In this document: one piece after another, positions 1 through 9,718 of the stretch | Position numbering within the stretch: the stretch's first letter is position 1 | Layout: every line of letters starts with the position of its first letter | DNA from: Hyaloraphidium curvatum SAG 235-1 | Lineage: Eukaryota; Fungi; Monoblepharomycota | Length of the DNA: 64,000 nucleotides | Reading direction: 5' to 3' | Assembly: GCA_025558095.1 (NCBI GenBank) | Contig: JAIVFI010000011.1 | Coordinates: 1 to 64,000 of the forward strand | Translations under genes and position numbers: made by a program | The notes under the pieces: generated by a model | What the model saw: only the letters and a program-made list of their open reading frames with translations | Told to the model about the DNA's origin: nothing | Database searches by the model: none

Positions 1-153
1 GACGACGCGCCGTCGGTCCTTTGGCACACCGTTGAGGTCGATGAGGCAGTGGGGGACAGGCCCAATGAAGGCCGGCGTGTAGCCCCGACCGTTGGCGTGC
101 GGTTGCACCCGATCGATGAGCTTGGCGTAGTTGGTGGGCGCCGAGAAAGGCAT
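1..153 (-). CDS. 5' end of a hypothetical gene running off the window (MPFSAPTNYAKLIDRVQPH...)
   Basis: ATG at 153 in GCCATG context; frame is open to position 1 with GC3-rich codons; no family recognised. Confidence 0.4.
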   Translation of the reverse strand, partial: MPFSAPTNYAKLIDRVQPHANGRGYTPAFIGPVPHCLIDLNGVPKDRRRVV

Positions 154-1115
154 GGCAGAAGCCAGCTCCTCCCTGCGGAAAGAATCTCAGAACCCGTCCC
201 GGGAGACAGTCTCCCCCCCGAACGAATCTCTATCAAGCTAAGTCAAATTTCCATCGTATACTAACTCTACTTCGGGCCTATCGAGACCTGCGGCTTTGAA
301 CCGCTTGTGCGGCGGGTTAACGCTCTAGGCCCCGTTGACTCGGTCCGTCACACTGGGTGTAACGGGATTCCAGCCGTCACCCCGATTCGGATGCGCCGAA
401 GAGCAAACGCATCGCGTACGTCGGTCGTTTACCGGCTTGCCTGTGGGTTCCCGAAAAAGTCGGCCGGGCGGTAGGGAATCCCGCGCCCGACAGCTCCGAA
501 ACCAAACCTAGCCTTTCGGACCTTACACGCTACACTCAGGTACTTCGTACCGTTCGTACAACCCTCCGGATATAAAGATGTTAAGACAGGCGGCCCGTGC
601 CGCCACACTATGCTACGCGGGCCGGATGGTTCCACGGCCGACTTTCACCCGTAGGAGCAAGCTGGCCGCCTATCAACTTTGCACGGATCGTTTTTGCCGT
701 GAAACGTTGATTGGGAGGGAGATAGAGATGCTGGCGGCGCTGCTGGAGGTCATCGAGGGGAAAGGCGGCGGTTGGGGGGCTGGTTGGTGGGGGGAGCCCT
801 GCAACTCTACCCCTCCCTGCTAGCCAACTCTACAAACATCTCGCAGCGATGAGGGGGAGGGGGATAGACATGCAAGCCCCTCAGGGGGACGTCACAGAGA
901 ATCGCAAAAATAGCTCCTGAGAAAGCAATGCGTTTCAGGGAACGAGGCACTCGACAGCCGAACCGGGATGATTGCGATTTTGAACGGAATACACGGGTTG
1001 CAGCGCAATTGCGGATCGATGGTGCGCCCAGCAATGCATACCCAACATCAACAACTGCCGCCGCTTGCTCCCTGAAGCGGCGCTCGCCCCCCGCCACCAC
1101 CTGCTGCCTGCCGCC

Positions 1116-1345
1116 TGTCAGGAGCGCCCGGTCGTGGTCGCACGGCGACCGGCACAGCTCGAGGCCTGGCGTGGGCACGAGATCTCCGTAGGGCTTAACG
1201 ATATCTAGACATTGGAACTACATGACTGTTCTATCGGTTTATATAGTCCGGGCCGCGCAAGATGCCGCGTAAGCGGAGTTCGCGGGAACCCCGGTGAACC
1301 TTCTGGAACCTCCCAGAAGACCCGGCCCCTTGCGAGTCCCTGACA
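1116..1345 (-). repeat. 3' LTR
   Basis: Base-for-base identical to 2994-3223; TG...CA ends with 7-bp terminal inverted repeat. Confidence 0.97.
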
Positions 1346-1360
1346 TCATCTCCCTCCTTC
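1346..1360 (-). other. Polypurine tract (PPT)
   Basis: Minus strand GAAGGAGGGAGATGA directly abuts the 3' LTR. Confidence 0.85.
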
Positions 1361-1942
1361 GGCGCGCTCGTCCCGAGCGCGCAACTTGAGCCTCCCGACG
1401 CGCAAAGCTTGAGCGCGGCGGTGGCGGTGAAAACTTCGCGGTGTGGCAAGTGTCGTGGCAAAGCTTGACCGCGAACCTGAACATGGCGTGGCTCTTTGAG
1501 CATGGCAATGGCATAAACGATGAACCTTGACGTGGCTTGGCGTAAACGATGAACCTTGACGTGACTTGATGCATGGCAGGCGTGGGATCGGTCACACGAC
1601 GAGGGAGCCTGATCTCGGGCGTCGAATCCTGCTGGGGGTGGATGTAACCACAATCGATTGACGAGCCGATCCTAGGTGACCAGTGCTTGCTCGGGGGCGG
1701 CGAACCGATGAAAACGGGTCTTCTCAACACAGGGGTGTAGTACCGCAGCTCAATCGGTAATCGGTCCGAGAGCACCTGTGGCCGAGAGGGGTCGATGCGC
1801 GTCGGCTCAATGAGATAGATGCGATGGAGACGTGAAACATGAGACCATGAGACGTGAAGGCCGTGGTGCAGAGTCGGTGAGAGTGACGTTCGATGGTGAA
1901 ACCGTGAAGCAGGATGCGTGGAGATGCGTGGAGCGAGCAGGA

Positions 1943-2941
1943 TCACTTGGCAGGAGGCGGCGGGCGGGCGGAGCGGTCGTTGCATTCGGCCTGGCGGTGA
2001 CCCTCCTTGCCGCAGTAGAAGCAGAGTCCATTGATACGGCGGCGCGCACGCTCCTCATCAGAAAGAGGCCCGTGGCGTAGGCTCGCGATGTCCATGGGGA
2101 CGGGCCCGTCGGTGACGGCGGTCCCGGCCGAGGTGGCTGTCGCGTTCGTGGTCGTGGAAGCGGATGCCGGGAACGTGGTAGTCGAACGAGGGGGGATGCC
2201 GTGAGCAGGCCAGTAGCCCTGCTTCTCGAGACGGCGGCGGTGCAGCTCGTCGTCGACGTCGATGGCGATCTTGATGAGCTCGGAAAGCGTGGCGGGCTTG
2301 TCGCGAATCATGAGGTCCTCCACGGCGTCCTTGAGGCCCATGCGATACTGCGCCATAAGGGCGGCGTCATTATAGCCGGTCTTGGCGGCGAGAAGACGGA
2401 ATTGCGAGGTGTATGCTGAGGCTGAGCTGGTCTGGCGTAGCTCGCGCAGCTTGGCCTGGGCCTTTCCGGCCTCATCCGTCTCGCCGAAGTTGGTTTCGAG
2501 TTCGCTGATGAACTTGGCGTAGTTCGTGGTGATATCGGCGTCGTCCTCGACAGCGGAGAACCAGCTCAGGGCGGCCCCCGAGAGGTGGCTGGCGATGAAG
2601 GCGATGCGCTGACCGTCGGTGCTGTACATGCCGGGGTTTGCGTGGAAGTTGATCTTGATCTGGGTCATGAAGTCGCGGAGCTTGGAGCGGTTGCCATCGA
2701 ACTTCTCCGGGGCGGCAACCTTAATCCGGGGAAGGGCAGCTTCCGGCGGCGATGGGGGCAACTGCTCGCTCTGCCGGGTCCGAGTGGGCTGGCCCGGCGG
2801 CGGCGCGAAGCGGTGGAGTTCTTGGAGTTCTTGACGGAGGGCGTTGACGCTCCCAAGGAGCTCGCTGAACTGAGCGTCCTGGGTGGTGAACTTGGCGGCG
2901 AGGGCCTGAACGAGCCCGGGAATGTCCGTGGGGAGGTCCAT
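1943..2941 (-). CDS. gag: Retrotransposon Gag (332 aa; sushi/PEG10-like capsid plus CCHC zinc knuckle)
   Basis: PEKFDG..KLRDF, IASHLSGAALSWF, LRQTSSASAY..F, PVPMDI, EERARRRINGLCFYCGKEGHRQAEC; N-terminal coiled coil. Confidence 0.95.
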   Translation of the reverse strand: MDLPTDIPGLVQALAAKFTTQDAQFSELLGSVNALRQELQELHRFAPPPGQPTRTRQSEQLPPSPPEAALPRIKVAAPEKFDGNRSKLRDFMTQIKINFHANPGMYSTDGQRIAFIASHLSGAALSWFSAVEDDADITTNYAKFISELETNFGETDEAGKAQAKLRELRQTSSASAYTSQFRLLAAKTGYNDAALMAQYRMGLKDAVEDLMIRDKPATLSELIKIAIDVDDELHRRRLEKQGYWPAHGIPPRSTTTFPASASTTTNATATSAGTAVTDGPVPMDIASLRHGPLSDEERARRRINGLCFYCGKEGHRQAECNDRSARPPPPAK

Positions 2942-2980
2942 GGTCTACTCCTGGTCCGTCGTGGGCGACGGGGCGGGAGG

Positions 2981-2992
2981 AATGTCTAGATA
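2981..2992 (-). other. Primer-binding site, self-priming type
   Basis: Minus-strand TATCTAGACATT lies 1 nt after the 5' LTR; it is the exact complement of AATGTCTAGATA in the LTR (3091->3080) and has no TGG tRNA-type start. Confidence 0.85.
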
Positions 2993-2993
2993 A

Positions 2994-3223
2994 TGTCAGG
3001 AGCGCCCGGTCGTGGTCGCACGGCGACCGGCACAGCTCGAGGCCTGGCGTGGGCACGAGATCTCCGTAGGGCTTAACGATATCTAGACATTGGAACTACA
3101 TGACTGTTCTATCGGTTTATATAGTCCGGGCCGCGCAAGATGCCGCGTAAGCGGAGTTCGCGGGAACCCCGGTGAACCTTCTGGAACCTCCCAGAAGACC
3201 CGGCCCCTTGCGAGTCCCTGACA
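2994..3223 (-). repeat. 5' LTR
   Basis: Identical to 1116-1345; lies upstream of gag. Confidence 0.97.
3116..3123 (-). promoter_or_regulatory. LTR TATA box
   Basis: TATATAAA on the minus strand, 32 nt upstream of the PBS-complementary 12-mer (predicted transcription start). Confidence 0.75.
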
Positions 3224-3246
3224 CCGCCAGTCCGACCCCACGCATG

Positions 3247-5010
3247 TCAAACCCCGCCACATGCCGCCTCCCACCGTGCCTCCCACGCTCCCCCCGCTCC
3301 CACCCCCTCCTCCAGCGCCCGCCTGTGCATCGCCAGCATCACCCTCGCCTCGTCTGCCTCCCTCCCCCCGCGGCCCCCGGCGGCGCGCAGGTATCCCGCG
3401 TGCGCCGACGCGGCCAGGAGCAGACAGTGCTGCGCGAACGGCTTGGCGAGCACCTCGGGCGGGAGCATGGGGATCAGCCTCGTCGCTGCGAGCGCGTGCG
3501 CGTGGAGGGCGAGGAAGCCGGGGTCGGCGGGGGCCGAGGGGAGGAGGAGGAGGATGCGGGCGCCGTGGTGCACGAGTAGGGTGTAGGCTGTGAGGGCGAG
3601 AGGGGCGCCGCGGAGTTCGGGGGGAGGGGTGCCGTTGTCGACGAGGAGGCCAGGTGGGGGCAGCTCGGCGTACCAGGCGTCGAGGGCGGCGAGGAGGGGG
3701 GCGCGGTCGGCGAGGAGGGGGGCGCGGTCGGCGCCGGCTGCGGCACAGCGGGAGAAGAGGAGGAAGACGCGCACATGGTGGTGGGTTGGCGAAAAGTCTT
3801 CGTCCGGTCCCAGGGACGACTCGAGGGGGGAAGGCGGGGCGCGGAGCTCGGCGCCGGCCGCGTCAAGGGGCAGGTCGCGGGCGACGCGCGTCATGGCGGC
3901 GGCAAACTCGGCGTCGGTGCGCTGCACGGGCACCCAGCGGCTCTCCTCCTGGTGAAGCAGGGGAGGCCGGCCGTCTATGGCTGCCGCCTGCGCGTCAAAA
4001 ATCGCCAGACTCCACCAGGCACGTGCTGCGCGCTCCGCGACGACATCAGTACGCCCCGCGTAAAAGGAGCCGTCGGTCATGCATGCGACACGGGCGATGC
4101 GCACGGCCAGGGCGACGACGGGCCCAGAGGCGAGTGGTCCGTCGCCGCGAAGCGCCATGGCGACGCCCCCGAGGTGCAGGAGTGCCGACACGACGGCGAC
4201 GGCGAGTTCCCGATAAGAGAGCCACGCCCGAACGGCCGGGGGGGCGATCCACGCGGGCTCACCGACCCCGGGAATGGGCGGAGCGGCGGGAGGGCCCGCC
4301 AGCACGGCCTGCGCAGCGGGGAGCAAGGCATCCTGGGCTCGGGCGGCCATCACGGTAAGAAGGGGGCCGCGCCGGGAACCCAGGGCCGCGCGTAGGGGGC
4401 CGTCCGTCCAAGCCGTCCACAGCAGAATCGACCAGGCCAAAAAGTCGGGGACGGCCCGCGCCGCAAGCTCGCGGCGGAGTTCAGCGGCGACCGTCAAGGG
4501 AAGAGCGGCGTATGTGGAAGCGAGATAGCGCGACATGACGAGGTCGGGCGGCGCCAGCTCGAGGTCGACCGAGGAAGGAGGCGAGAGCGGTAGCGGGGGG
4601 GAAACCGGCTGCGGCCACGCCGGGTTGGGCGCGCCGAATTCTGCCGGCCACGCGAGTGCCTGGGCTAGCATTGGTGTCGCCCACGCCGGCGGTGGAGGCG
4701 GCGAGGGCGCGGCAATCTCGGCGGCCGGCGGGGAGGACGGGCTCGCGGGGCTCGCGGGTGACTCGCTGTCCTCCTTCTTGGCGCCGCGGCGTTTGCCCGG
4801 CCGCCTCCCCCGCCGTTTCGGGGGAAGGAACACGCAGCCCTCGGCGGGGAGGCCATTACGCTCGCAGCGGAGGCAGGCGGCTCCGGGAATCGGCGAGGGG
4901 TCGCAGCGCCGCCGGGCAGCGGTGCAGGCCGTGCAGCTCGCCCGGACCGGGACGGCCAGCCCGCTGCCGACGACGGCGCCGGGCGGCAACGCGGCGGGCG
5001 CTGAAGGCAT
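3247..5010 (-). CDS. Zn(II)2Cys6 transcription factor with fungal middle-homology domain
   Basis: CTACTAARRRC...CLRCERNGLPAEGC cluster, basic NLS, RAARAWWSLAIFD motif; start taken at MPSAPAA. Confidence 0.85.
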   Translation of the reverse strand: MPSAPAALPPGAVVGSGLAVPVRASCTACTAARRRCDPSPIPGAACLRCERNGLPAEGCVFLPPKRRGRRPGKRRGAKKEDSESPASPASPSSPPAAEIAAPSPPPPPAWATPMLAQALAWPAEFGAPNPAWPQPVSPPLPLSPPSSVDLELAPPDLVMSRYLASTYAALPLTVAAELRRELAARAVPDFLAWSILLWTAWTDGPLRAALGSRRGPLLTVMAARAQDALLPAAQAVLAGPPAAPPIPGVGEPAWIAPPAVRAWLSYRELAVAVVSALLHLGGVAMALRGDGPLASGPVVALAVRIARVACMTDGSFYAGRTDVVAERAARAWWSLAIFDAQAAAIDGRPPLLHQEESRWVPVQRTDAEFAAAMTRVARDLPLDAAGAELRAPPSPLESSLGPDEDFSPTHHHVRVFLLFSRCAAAGADRAPLLADRAPLLAALDAWYAELPPPGLLVDNGTPPPELRGAPLALTAYTLLVHHGARILLLLPSAPADPGFLALHAHALAATRLIPMLPPEVLAKPFAQHCLLLAASAHAGYLRAAGGRGGREADEARVMLAMHRRALEEGVGAGGAWEARWEAACGGV

Positions 5011-6075
5011 GGTCGTGGCAGCCGTGGCGGAGGTGACTCGCTGCGGCGGCCGGCGGCCGATCGATCGAGGGATCAGGCGCCGAGCACGCTTCCGCCACAT
5101 CCCCGCGAGAGCAATCCGGCTGCATGGACCCTGGATCCATGGAGAGATGGCGAACAAAGCGATCTTCAAACGGGTGCGTGGACTGGTATGCGTGACGGCG
5201 GCGAGCGCATTCTTGGGGGACAGCTGCGCACCGCCGCCAGGTCGGCCGCCGGGTGGGGTCGGTCGGGAAGACAGCCTCGCTGCCCACTCCGACAGGTAAG
5301 CAGAGAGAGCGCCTCTCACTTCATCTCCTTTGCGCGGTTTTGCTCCCGCGGGCCCGAATCCGTCCATGCAAAGCAGGTCGTCGCGGCGGAGCAACTTTTA
5401 CCTGCGGAGATTTCGCAAGCAACACCGCCCCTGCCCTGTGGCGGGCTTCCGATCGCCCGAGGGCCTGGGGCGGTTGGCTGGCGGGCCCGATTGTGCTCAC
5501 GCTGGACACGTACCAGCACATCCCGGCCCGACGCTTCGAGGCCGATATCTCGAGCAATATTCCGCTGCGATGCGCTGCTGCCTGCCCCGGATCGTCGCGT
5601 TCCTGCTCATCGGATCCATCCGGCGTTGGAATCCATGTCCTCGCATCCCGGCCGCCTCCATATACGTTTGTCGCTATGCGCACCGCCCCCCATGGCCACC
5701 GCCGCGCGCGGCAGTGGGCCCCACTCACCTCCCCGACCAACCGTCGCCCCGGAGGCCCCCAAACCTGCGACCCTGCACCGCGCTCAACGTGCGCGCAGTC
5801 CACCAAGCGCCACTCGACGCGCGCGCCGTCCCTTTTGGTTGCCAGGCGGAAGTGCGGTTCTCGAGGTCCCAGCAGGTCTAGCCGCCGGCCAGCATCCCGG
5901 GTCTGACGCGAACGTACGACAGGACGGAGGGTAGCGACACGGCGCAGAGCGCCCGATTCGCACACGAATTCGTAGCTTGGGCGGGTCTGTGGTCGCACCT
6001 GTGCTGCACGCCGTCCGAGGGAGGTAGGTCTATGCCGCTGGTGAATATGGCTGCCAGACATGGATGCCTCCTGTT

Positions 6076-7964
6076 TCACAGTCCGACCCTCCACCCACCA
6101 AGCCTGTGCATGCACAGCGCCCTCATCAGCAGCACCGCGCCCTCCTCGGCCCCCTGCCCCCGCACCGCGTCCCCACGCCCAACGCCTTCCCCGAAATCTG
6201 TCGGATCGGCCTCGGTCCCGGAAAATACCGCCGATCCGAGGCGGTACAGGGCGGCGTCCCATGCTCCACCGGTGCGGGAGAGGAGCTCGAGCGCGGCGAG
6301 GCAGGACGAGGCGGAGCGACGGACGAGGTTGGAGTCTACGAGGGGGGGCTGCGCGGAGCGAAGGGCGAGGCGCCGCGCTGTGGGTGCGTGCAGCCGTAGA
6401 AGGGAAAATGCGAGGGGTCCGGCGCCGTCGAGGGCCTCGGCGGCGCAGTCCAGCTCGAGCAGGGAAGCCAGCACGGCGGCGTGCGCGTACGCGGCGTCCT
6501 CCAGGCCATGGGGAAGCCCCTTCAAAGTCAAGTCGAGGTCGGCCGACGAGGGAATCCAGGGGCCCTGGCCCTTCCACCCGGCCGGCGGCGGCGGCAGCAT
6601 CGAGATCGCCGAGTGCAACTCGAGTCGCATGGCAAGCAGGGAGCACATCCGTCGCGCCACGTTGGCCGCGTAGCCTGTGGGTAGGCCGTGCAATTGCAGC
6701 GCCGAGATCAGATCCCCGACGGGGGCGAGTCCCTCGGCGACGGTCCTTGCCGGCTCAGAAAGCACCGAATGCAGGTCCGCCAGGTCGCCATCCAGCGCCG
6801 CCTTCGCCCTCCCCAGCTCACCGTGCCCGGCGCCGACTTTCCTCGGGGACCGTAGCCCCGCCTTCCTGCACACCCGCAGCAGCCCTGCCACCCTGGCGGC
6901 CAGCACCCCGTGCGCGGCGTCGAACAGCGCGGGGGAGCGGAGCAGCCGGCTGCCGAGGGATGCGAGCATCCGCGCGCGCAGGGGGTCGGCGCGGTCGAGG
7001 CGCATCCAGTCCACCGCGTCCGAGAGGGGCTCTCCCGGCGGGAAGGCAGTGAAGTCGAAGATGGGGTCGGTGGCGGAGGTCAAGATCGAGGCGGGCGGCA
7101 GGACCAAGCGCCCGGCGAGGTCCGGCACTCCGCCGCCTTCGCTCCACGGATCCGAAGACAGCTCCAGCGATATCCTCAGCAGCGAGAACGCCAGCCTCTC
7201 CCCCGTCCACCGCTCGATCCACCCCTCCCTCGACCCCGATCTACCCCTCTCCCCCCCCGCCGGCGCGGCAAACGACCCCTCCCCCTGCACGATCCCCGCC
7301 CTCCCCGCCGCCTCCCCCGCGGCATGCACGAGACCTTCGGCAAGCGACCGAAGCCCGCACCTGCACGCCCAGGTCGCGAGGGCGAGCAACGCCGCGACGG
7401 TTTCCTGCGACGCCTCGGGCGCCGCGAGGGCCGATTCGAGTTCCCCGCGCGCGAGATCGAGTAGGGGAGGGTCCCATGTCCGGAAATTGGGCACGCCGGG
7501 GATCGGAGGGCCGGGGAGACGCGGGGCGGCGAGGAGGACCGAAGCGAGGAGCAGAGGCGGGGCGTCCCTTGCGAGGAGGCGGGAGGGGTGCAGCGAGGGC
7601 AGGCAGTGCTCCGTGCGGAGGGAGAAGGCGGAGATGCACGTTGTGACCACCTCCGCCGGCGGCAGATCCGGCGGGCTCGGTGTGCGCGGGGGGCGGACGC
7701 GCCGCGACCCCCTGCTCTCGGCCGAGGGGCTCCGTCCGAGGGTGGGAAGGTCCAGGCTGAACGACACCGTGCGCTTCATCTTGGCGGGGCGTTCGGCTAG
7801 CGTCGAGACCGAAGACGACGAGGAGGAGGTGTCGGAGAAGGATGTGGAAGAGGTGGAGCCAGAGTCCGCGGATACGAAGGGCGGCTCGTCATGGAGGGAC
7901 TGCGGCGGAGGTGCCGGCGTCAGCGGCACACCGGCGGAAAGGGCAATAACAAGCCTCGAACCAT
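6076..7964 (-). CDS. Fungal TF middle-homology-domain-like protein lacking a Zn cluster
   Basis: ATG-only exon (7964-7962), then a 62-nt intron (GTTCGA...CTGAC...CAG, 7900-7961) in frame with SLHDEPP; LPSLHPSRLL..PLLLASV and WIERWTGERL segments resemble the regulatory domain. Confidence 0.6.
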
Positions 7965-8877
7965 GAAATGAACGGCCACGTCCAGGGCGAACGGAGCGCC
8001 CCCTGTTTCCGCCATCGCGGAGGTGGCGGCGCCACTCGGGAACCGCGGCCGTCAGCGCCCGCCGCGAGGCCTCGGCCGCAGAAGGAGCCGGAAGGCCCGG
8101 TGCGTGACGCTCGGCGCGGGGGGCCCAGCAAACAGCGGCACGCGGCGTCCGCACGCTGCGCACCGATAAAGGCCCGGGCCGGACCCGATTCGGGTCGCGG
8201 GCGTCGGCCGTCTCCCGCGCTGCGGAGGGCAGCCGTGCGCTTCCGGGGCCCGGCCGACGGGAGCTGAGGCGACGGCGCAAGCCCCTCGCTCTGTCGAAAG
8301 GGAGGGTGCGGTGCTGCCGGCGGAAATCGTGGCCGTTCCCGTAGACGATTGACTTTGAGGGTCGGAGGGCTGGAACTCCGCTCGGGTCTGGACGGGCATC
8401 GCCACCGGCTCCACACGCGCCGCGATGCCCCTTGCGGGTCGGAAATGAACACGACGAGTTGCAGGTCGGAGTCCGGGTCCGTTTCGCGAAGATTGCGTCG
8501 CCATTAGGCCGCTGGGTTTCGGGAACCGCCGCAAGAACGTCATGGATTAGACTTTGGCGGGGACCGCAGCTGGTTCCCGCTCGGAGCTGGCAGGTTTCCT
8601 CTTCCTGCGATGCAGCGGTACGTCACGAGAGTGTACGGTCGTTTTAGAACAGCCTGGAGTCGGCGGTGTCGTCGGCCCTGATGACTCGGGTGTCCAGTCG
8701 CCATCGGGCCCCAAGCTCCCGCTGTTCCCACTGACAGTTTGCGACTTGCAGTAATATCTTGAGCGCATCATCCTTACTTTTGCTGCTCGACACAGTATTC
8801 CGAGCCAGCAAGCTTTGCGGGGCCGCGCAACCGCGCCATCACTGCCAGAGGGAAGCACCTCAACACGAGCCCGCACG

Positions 8878-9439
8878 ATGGACCGCCTCCTCCCAGTCGC
8901 CGAGGCGCTCGACAAAGCCGCTCCCTCCCTTGCCAGCTTCCTACTCGGAGTTATCTTCATCGACGTAATCTACGACCAGAAGGCGCTCCCGTCCGAGCGG
9001 AGGCAGGCCTATTATCAGACGAACTCCCGCGCCGAAGGGCTGCCGTCGTACTACCTCGCCGCGCTGCGGATCGCCGGTACCGGTGCGGTCGCCGGCCCCC
9101 TGGCGGCGGCGGCGCTGCGGGCCGCGACGGGGGTGTATGCCGGGGAGGGGCGGAAGCGCGGCGCGGCGGAGGCGCTGGGCGTCGGTGGGTCTTTCCGACG
9201 CGTCGAAGGCGCCAGACGGAATAATTGACGCGTCGCGACGGGCAGTTATGGCCTTGATTGGGGTGGCCAGGTACGACGCGCTGTTCGTGCCCAACCACGT
9301 GGCCGTCGTCGCCGGGGGTGCGGATGGCGGGGCGGAGGGGCTCGAGCGGAGGCTGGCGAAGATGGCAGAGGGGCACAGGTGGATCGGTGGGGGCCTGCTG
9401 GCGCTGCTGGCGTCCAAGGTCGCCGCGTCGCTGCTGTGA
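8878..9439 (+). CDS. Small multi-pass membrane protein (2 exons)
   Basis: Hydrophobic segments in two ORFs joined by a GTGGGT...CAG intron (~9185-9245). Confidence 0.65.
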
Positions 9440-9718
9440 GGGAGGAGGGCGGACGGGTGCTGGCCGACCGAGTCTGAGGCCGGGATTCGACTGAGCGGAC
9501 AATCTATGGGCGCTTCATTGATTGTATCGTGGTAGCCTCGGCGGACCGACGTGGTTGGATGGACGGCGAGGAGCTCACCTGACTCGGCCGCGGGCGCCGC
9601 TCCCATCCCCCGGCTTCGGGGCAACTCCGTGCCGCCCTCCCCGCGCATCGCCGGGCGGCCGCCGCCGCCCGCCCATCCCGCGGACCTCCAGCAAGTGCGC
9701 CGACCACTCTGTCCCGCG

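Larger units (their letters stand above)
1116..3223 (-). mobile_element. Non-autonomous gag-only Ty3/Gypsy (Tf1/sushi-like) LTR retrotransposon, 2108 bp
   Basis: Two identical 230-bp LTRs (TGTCAGG...CCTGACA); CCGCC target-site duplication at 1111-1115 and 3224-3228; intact gag, PBS and PPT; no PR/RT/RH/IN motifs. Confidence 0.95.

Noticed and set aside
260-1110. Lower-GC stretch with AACTCTAC three times and G-rich runs, possibly another element end
   Set aside because: No terminal repeats, TSD or coding signature can be supported within the window
1239-1985. 248-aa ORF overlapping the gag end as a possible frameshifted pol
   Set aside because: No DSG/DTG protease, YxDD, RNase H or integrase motifs; poor codon bias; runs into the LTR
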